The notes beneath the pieces were generated by a model. The model ran no database searches, was not told the DNA's origin, and worked only from the letters and a program-made list of their open reading frames with translations. A stretch of 64,000 nucleotides of DNA from Candidatus Kapaibacterium sp. GTDB lineage: Bacteria > Bacteroidota > Ignavibacteria > Kapaibacteriales > UBA2268. The stretch spans positions 1,088,001 to 1,152,000 of the forward strand of contig OY762428.1 in NCBI GenBank assembly GCA_963665665.1, in the 5' to 3' direction. Each line of letters begins with the position of its first letter. Positions within the stretch are counted from its first letter, which is position 1. Positions 58,865 to 64,000 of this stretch are shown here, in pieces. A program made the translations under genes and the position numbers.

Positions 58865-60238
58865 TTATCTCCTGAACAATTTTCTGATTAATCCCGGCAA
58901 AGAAATACTGAAAGTCTCGTTGCTTACTCTAAGGGTTAATATAATACCCATGACTGCAATCACAATGTTACCAAGCCACATGCTGAAAACGGGCGATAGA
59001 AATCCCCTGTCGGCAAGTTTTTCCCCTCCTATCAGGCAAACCCAGTAAATAATGTAAAACCCGAGCGTAATCGCAGCGCTGATTCCGAAATTCCCGCCTT
59101 TTGTGATAATTCCAAGCGGGCATCCCACGAATACAAAAACCAGACAGGCAAAAGGAATGGCATATTTCTTCTGAATTTCCACCTCGTATTGCCTTGACCT
59201 TCGGGTATATTCATTTTCCTGGTAAAGATCCGACTGAATTTTGGAACGCAGAAATCCGAGCCGTTTGTTTACCCGTGTAAGAATTTCCTTTTCTGTAAGT
59301 TTCGGCATTTTTATATCGCCGAAATTAATAATTTTTTGCTTTGAAGTATCAGGCATACCTGACAAGTAGCCGAAATGTTCCTGTAACTCAAGATTTATTC
59401 TGCCGGTCGCCTCGTCAGATTTTTTGTCGGAATCAACAGTGATCTTTCTCATATCGGCAATTCTCATTTCACGATCTCCGCGAGACATTACATCTTCATC
59501 AGTCCTTTCAAACGAAAAACCACTTGCCGGTATTGATATTATATGCTTTTTAAAATCAATCACCCTGTAGCTTTTCACTCCTCCGGGTTCCATCTGGTGA
59601 ATTTCTCCGTCGAATAGGGTCAGGACAAGTTTTGTAAAATCATTATTAAATTTAACCTGCCCGGTATCAGCCGAAACTACATTCAGCATATTCACTTTCC
59701 TGTGGTCGTAGATAGTAACGCCAAACAGGTCACCTGTAAGAGAATCAACCTGCCGTGTTAATATTGTGTAACCGTCAAGATCAGATGAAAAACGTCCTGA
59801 TTCAAGTGAAAATGTCGGCTTTTTACGTTTAATATCACTCATTAAAATTTTCGCCTGGTGGTTTGCCTCGGGCAGAACCCTGTCGTTAAACCAGAACAGG
59901 CCGGTAGTAAGTATGGCTCCTGCCAGGATCACGGGCAACATCATCCTGATAAGGCTTCCCCCGCTGGCTTTGATAATTGTTACTTCATGTGCTGCCGCCA
60001 TATTTCCAAATGCCATAAGGGTTGAGAACAAGACACCTATAGGTATAGCAAGTACGGCCATCCAGGATAAATTAAGTATAATTAACTGGATAATAACCCA
60101 TACATCCAGCCCCTTCCCTACCAGTTCATCAATTGCCCGAATAACAAACTGCATAAGGAATAAAAAAATAACAATCGAAGACCCGAAAATAAACGGCCCG
60201 ACATGAGCCCTTAATATATATCTGTCAATAATATTCAT
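58865..60238 (-). CDS. LptF/LptG (YjgP/YjgQ) family LPS export permease
   Basis: IIDRYI, three N-terminal TMs, E.TI.KASG.S, periplasmic domain, E..KKYAIPFAC, three C-terminal TMs. Confidence 0.9.
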   Translation of the reverse strand: MNIIDRYILRAHVGPFIFGSSIVIFLFLMQFVIRAIDELVGKGLDVWVIIQLIILNLSWMAVLAIPIGVLFSTLMAFGNMAAAHEVTIIKASGGSLIRMMLPVILAGAILTTGLFWFNDRVLPEANHQAKILMSDIKRKKPTFSLESGRFSSDLDGYTILTRQVDSLTGDLFGVTIYDHRKVNMLNVVSADTGQVKFNNDFTKLVLTLFDGEIHQMEPGGVKSYRVIDFKKHIISIPASGFSFERTDEDVMSRGDREMRIADMRKITVDSDKKSDEATGRINLELQEHFGYLSGMPDTSKQKIINFGDIKMPKLTEKEILTRVNKRLGFLRSKIQSDLYQENEYTRRSRQYEVEIQKKYAIPFACLVFVFVGCPLGIITKGGNFGISAAITLGFYIIYWVCLIGGEKLADRGFLSPVFSMWLGNIVIAVMGIILTLRVSNETFSISLPGLIRKLFRR

Positions 60239-60379
60239 AATAAGTATTCATCCATTTGTTTCATCAGGCAAATTTATAATAAAAAAACATTATCTCATAT
60301 ATTTTATGACGGATTATTTTTAATATTGTTCCGGGATCAGAATTTTATCAATATTATGAAAGTATAAAGTAAATAGTAA

Positions 60380-61021
60380 TCAGAATTTCTTTATCAGTCC
60401 CGTAACAGAACCGAGAATTATTGCACTGCTATCCCCTTTTGGGATATTTATTCTGGGGTATCCACGTGTATCAGAACGCAGTTCGTAGCCTTCACGGCCG
60501 TATTTTATTCGCCGGATCAGGTTCATATCGTTAACTATTGCGAATACAATAGATTCGTCGTCGGGGTTTTGTCCCTGGCGGACAATGGCGATATCACCTG
60601 CGCTAATTCCACTGCCCGAAAGCCCATCGTCCTTTACAATGGCGGCGAAAACCTGCCCATCGGCAGGAATATGCCTTGCGTCGATACTGATACTTCCCTT
60701 CGGGGCCATGAATATTGAGAAAGGATTATCCGATCTTCCCTCGCCGACAATTGTCAGGTCTTTGATATGGTCTGCTGTTGCTGTGGCGGTTTTATTATCA
60801 TCATCCTTTATAATAATAGCCCGGGATGCCCCTTTTTTCAGCCTTTCAATATATCCTTTCTTTTCAAGGGCCCCAAGCTGCTGGTGCACTCCGTTTGTCG
60901 AGGCAAAACCAAATCGACTGCAAATTTCATGTATTGTAGGCGGGTAACCATTCTCCGATTTGTAATCCTTAAGAAATTTGAATATATCGCTCTGCCTTTT
61001 TGTTAGTCCGGTTTTTTCCAT
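60380..61021 (-). CDS. lexA: LexA-like repressor with degenerate S24 peptidase domain
   Basis: LT.RQ..I..F......GYPPT..EI...FG..S...V..L.ALEKKGYI.R DNA-binding domain; C-domain recognisable but catalytic residues appear substituted. Confidence 0.8.
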   Translation of the reverse strand: MEKTGLTKRQSDIFKFLKDYKSENGYPPTIHEICSRFGFASTNGVHQQLGALEKKGYIERLKKGASRAIIIKDDDNKTATATADHIKDLTIVGEGRSDNPFSIFMAPKGSISIDARHIPADGQVFAAIVKDDGLSGSGISAGDIAIVRQGQNPDDESIVFAIVNDMNLIRRIKYGREGYELRSDTRGYPRINIPKGDSSAIILGSVTGLIKKF

Positions 61022-61025
61022 GATG

Positions 61026-61640
61026 TCATTTTATTCCGAATAATTCAGGATTTAATAATTTTTTTACCAAATGATGAACATTTGTATATGCCGATAAATC
61101 ATAAATTGATAAGCCTCTGTCTATTTCGTTTTGAACCTGTTTTTCAACCCATTCACCATTAGAAATGGCCTTTGTAATTTTGTCCCGCAGCAAATTATAA
61201 TAATTTAACTTTTTCTGATAATTATTAATTTTTCCATTCAGATACTTAATCAGGCCTTCGCAATTATCGTAAGCCCTGAGTGTTTTTTCGAAATGCAGCA
61301 GTATCCAGAATTCAAAACAGATTATTGAAATAGCACCATTGATCTTGTTGTCGGAAGCAAGTTTCGCTGCTTCTTTAAGCATTGTTCCCTCATCTTTATC
61401 CAGAACTATCCATATTTCGTTATAAGGATTTCTATCCCTTCTTGCCTTATTCTTCATTTTTATAGCAGCCTTCACAAGTCCGACAGGGCTATAATTTTTG
61501 GGATGTATAACCTCGATATTCACTGCGGATAATTCTCTTTTCAGTTTCTCGTCTTTTTTGAACGACTTGAAATAGAACAGGGAGGATTTACTATCTTCAC
61601 AAAGGATCAATACTCTTTTAGAACAGGGTATAAGTCTCAT
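61026..61640 (-). CDS. RloB-family (AbiLii-like) protein
   Basis: LILCED....YF, W.V.DKD, S..CFEFW.LLHF, YTNVH.LV motifs. Confidence 0.88.
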   Translation of the reverse strand: MRLIPCSKRVLILCEDSKSSLFYFKSFKKDEKLKRELSAVNIEVIHPKNYSPVGLVKAAIKMKNKARRDRNPYNEIWIVLDKDEGTMLKEAAKLASDNKINGAISIICFEFWILLHFEKTLRAYDNCEGLIKYLNGKINNYQKKLNYYNLLRDKITKAISNGEWVEKQVQNEIDRGLSIYDLSAYTNVHHLVKKLLNPELFGIK

Positions 61641-61656
61641 TTTAATTTATGCCATA

Positions 61657-62928
61657 TTAATCGAATAAATCCAGGTCTTCGATAACAGGTATAGCTTTGA
61701 ACCTCCCGCTAAGATACCACGCATCATAAGGAATATCTTTTCTTACTCCTTTTATATCGCTCAGCTTATAACTTACAGTATTGCCCTGGTATTCCTTTTC
61801 GATAAAGCAAATCTGGTCTCTCCGGAACAATTCATTATCCAGAAGCGAGCTGTCATGCGTTGCAAAAATAATCTGCGCGTTTCTTGCATTTGCAGAAGGA
61901 TTATGAAATAGCTTTATAAGCATCCTGGTTAATAGTGGATGAAGGCTTTTATCAAGTTCGTCCACGATCAGAACTCCGCCATTTGACAGAGTTTCAAGAA
62001 TCTGGCTGCCTACTGATAGAAGTTTTTTGGTTCCTAGAGATTCTCTATCAAAATCCAACTCGGCATATCCGGTTGTATCGCCTTCCTTAAATTTCCTATG
62101 TCTTGTTTTAATATCATACCTGAAGGAATCAATTATTTTATTTCTCGCTTCGGGAGGTACGCTATCCGGAAAACGAAACCGATCGTTTGGATTTTCATTA
62201 ACTTTAATATCTTCAATGTTAGTATCGGCTGCTTTCAGTAATTTCAGGAAATAGCTTTTATCAGTTTGGTTTTTTGAAATCGATTTCGCAAAATTCTTTA
62301 TAAAATTTTCTTCAAAATCGCTGTCGTGGATTATCCGGATTTGCAGCATATTTGAGAAAAACAAGTACGCGTCATTCAGGTATTCAACATTTTTCTTTGA
62401 GGATATTGAAAGGAAAAGCTGATTCTTTAGCATATCCTTCTCTATCTTTCTTCCGTTTCCTTTGTAATAATCTCCAAAAGTAATTTGCTTACCTTTTCTT
62501 TCAAATAATTTTGCAGATGATTGAGAAGGATAGAAATGCAGGGCTTCATAAAGAATCTCTTTACTATTATATTTTACGTTGTAATTAAATTTTATATTAT
62601 TGTGAACGAACCCGATTCCAAATTCGACAGGCTTTTTAGCAAAATCGTCATCGAAAAGGAAAGGTTCATAGTAGGGAAGTAAATCTCCGGCACTAAAATC
62701 ATTCGAATTGAGAACGAGGTATTTAAGCGCTGACAGAGCTATCAATGTATTGCTTTTCCCCGAAGCATTGCGACCAAATATCAACAGGCTTTTCACCAAT
62801 TTGTTTTTTTCTCGATCAATTATATTGTCTGACAAATCATTTTTATCTATCCTTTTCTCAATTTCCATCGAAAGCCTTACACTTTCTCTTATTGATCGAA
62901 AATTACGAATTTTAAAGTTCAGAAGCAT
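61657..62928 (-). CDS. RloA/AbiLi-like AAA_21 ATPase
   Basis: NFRSI, GRNASGKSN, ESLGT.K, VDELD.SLHP, QIIFATHD, YL.GRF.AIP; ATG at 62928 preferred. Confidence 0.9.
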   Translation of the reverse strand: MLLNFKIRNFRSIRESVRLSMEIEKRIDKNDLSDNIIDREKNKLVKSLLIFGRNASGKSNTLIALSALKYLVLNSNDFSAGDLLPYYEPFLFDDDFAKKPVEFGIGFVHNNIKFNYNVKYNSKEILYEALHFYPSQSSAKLFERKGKQITFGDYYKGNGRKIEKDMLKNQLFLSISSKKNVEYLNDAYLFFSNMLQIRIIHDSDFEENFIKNFAKSISKNQTDKSYFLKLLKAADTNIEDIKVNENPNDRFRFPDSVPPEARNKIIDSFRYDIKTRHRKFKEGDTTGYAELDFDRESLGTKKLLSVGSQILETLSNGGVLIVDELDKSLHPLLTRMLIKLFHNPSANARNAQIIFATHDSSLLDNELFRRDQICFIEKEYQGNTVSYKLSDIKGVRKDIPYDAWYLSGRFKAIPVIEDLDLFD

Positions 62929-63033
62929 AATATTACCTGCCAAATATTATAATTTGTATTATTTCTACAAATTAGAAGTTTTTATATAAATTGCAAGAAA
63001 AAAATTGTAACTACACCATTTTTTACTTATTGA

Positions 63034-63705
63034 TTACACTTTATCTTTCTGCATTGTATGGAACAGGCCTGCCTGGTGCCTGCGATCTTGACCGAATAAT
63101 CTACTAATATTCATTGCTTGTAATAGCCAACAGCCTGTTATTAAAAGCTGCTTGTTCTGCGTTTCGGCAAAGAACATTTGGGTAGATTTATCACTTTTAT
63201 CATAATCACTGCATAAAGCAAACAAATCTCTGATTTTCTGGTAGAACCTTTTTTCGGATGCACGAATATCACGAATTCGTTCAAGCATCTCATCGAAATA
63301 ATCAGGACGTCCGTCCGGATTTTTCAGCCTTTCATCATCAATCAGGAAGCCCTTCACCATATAATCCTTCAGGTTTCTGTTAGCCCAGATTCGGAATTGC
63401 GTCCCCCTTTTGCTACGAACCCGAAATCCGATTGCAAGGATCATGTCAAGTGAATAATATGCAACATTATACTCTTTACCATCCGAGGCAGTTGTAAAGT
63501 AATACTTTACAACTGAATCCTTTTCTAATTCATTATCGGATAATATCTTTGCGATATGCTGGCCAATATTTTGTTTCGAGCTGTCAAAAAGTTCAGCAAG
63601 CTGATTCTGATTCATCCAGACACTTCCGTCCTTGGCAAGAAGGCTGACTGAAGCTTTACCGTCAACGCTATTGTAGATTATTATATCTTTTCTCTCATCA
63701 CACAT
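63034..63705 (-). pseudogene. Truncated RhuM-family virulence/DNA-binding protein
   Basis: VWMNQ.QLAELF, YYSLD.ILAIGFRVRS.RGTQFR.WA, RIRDIRASEKRFYQ, FFA..QNK; similarity ends just after QNK and the usual C-terminal third is missing. Confidence 0.75.
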
Positions 63706-64000
63706 TTGTATCAGATAATTATTTGTTCTTTTATTTGAATTCTATTAAATATAATCCAGACTAAACAAAACTCCTAAAAATAAAGAAATTACCAAAATCG
63801 ATTATATTTTTAACCTATTACAGTAAACAGGCATACCCGATCCCTGTGATCCTAAACAATCCTAAACCCATAGAACTTACTAATTTTCCAATTCATAAAC
63901 TGTATCTTTCCTTGTAAAATACAAAAAAATCTGTAAACTGAAAATATTATCAGTATTTTTTCAAAATCAAAAATGCCCTCTTTTATAAATCACCCACTCT

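Noticed and set aside
63840-63870. Short ATCCTAAAC duplication near the window end
   Set aside because: Only two short copies; too little to call a repeat family from this window.

Overview
AT-rich bacterial chromosomal window from an FCB-group organism. T9SS C-terminal sorting domains, gldA/F/G, the ileS-dksA-lspA-rluD order and the presence of Shine-Dalgarno sites point to an Ignavibacteria/Kapabacteria-like lineage (inference). The first 26 kb is one co-oriented minus-strand surface-structure locus: a sigma54-type promoter, a 195-aa T9SS-CTD protein, a 3118-aa phage-tail-fibre-like repeat protein with no T9SS CTD or barrel anchor of its own, a 3794-aa T9SS cargo built of tandem beta-helix modules, a stand-alone paralogue of that cargo's first module, and a TMTC-like GT-C glycosyltransferase. 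This is the best candidate for an undescribed system. The middle is mostly housekeeping: RsmB-type methyltransferase, HAD phosphatase, 2-oxoacid dehydrogenase E2, rluD, lspA, DksA, an ileS with a GIHH signature, and an aldehyde dehydrogenase-STAS pair. The right third holds several defence insertions: a DUF4160/DUF2442 pair, a GmrSD-like gene bounded by inverted dif/attC-like sites and split by an IS3 element, a NotI-like REase plus Dam-like MTase flanked by 64-bp direct repeats, RloA/RloB followed by an apparently non-cleavable LexA, and a truncated rhuM. No rRNA, tRNA or CRISPR array was seen. All calls come from reading motifs by eye; no searches were run.
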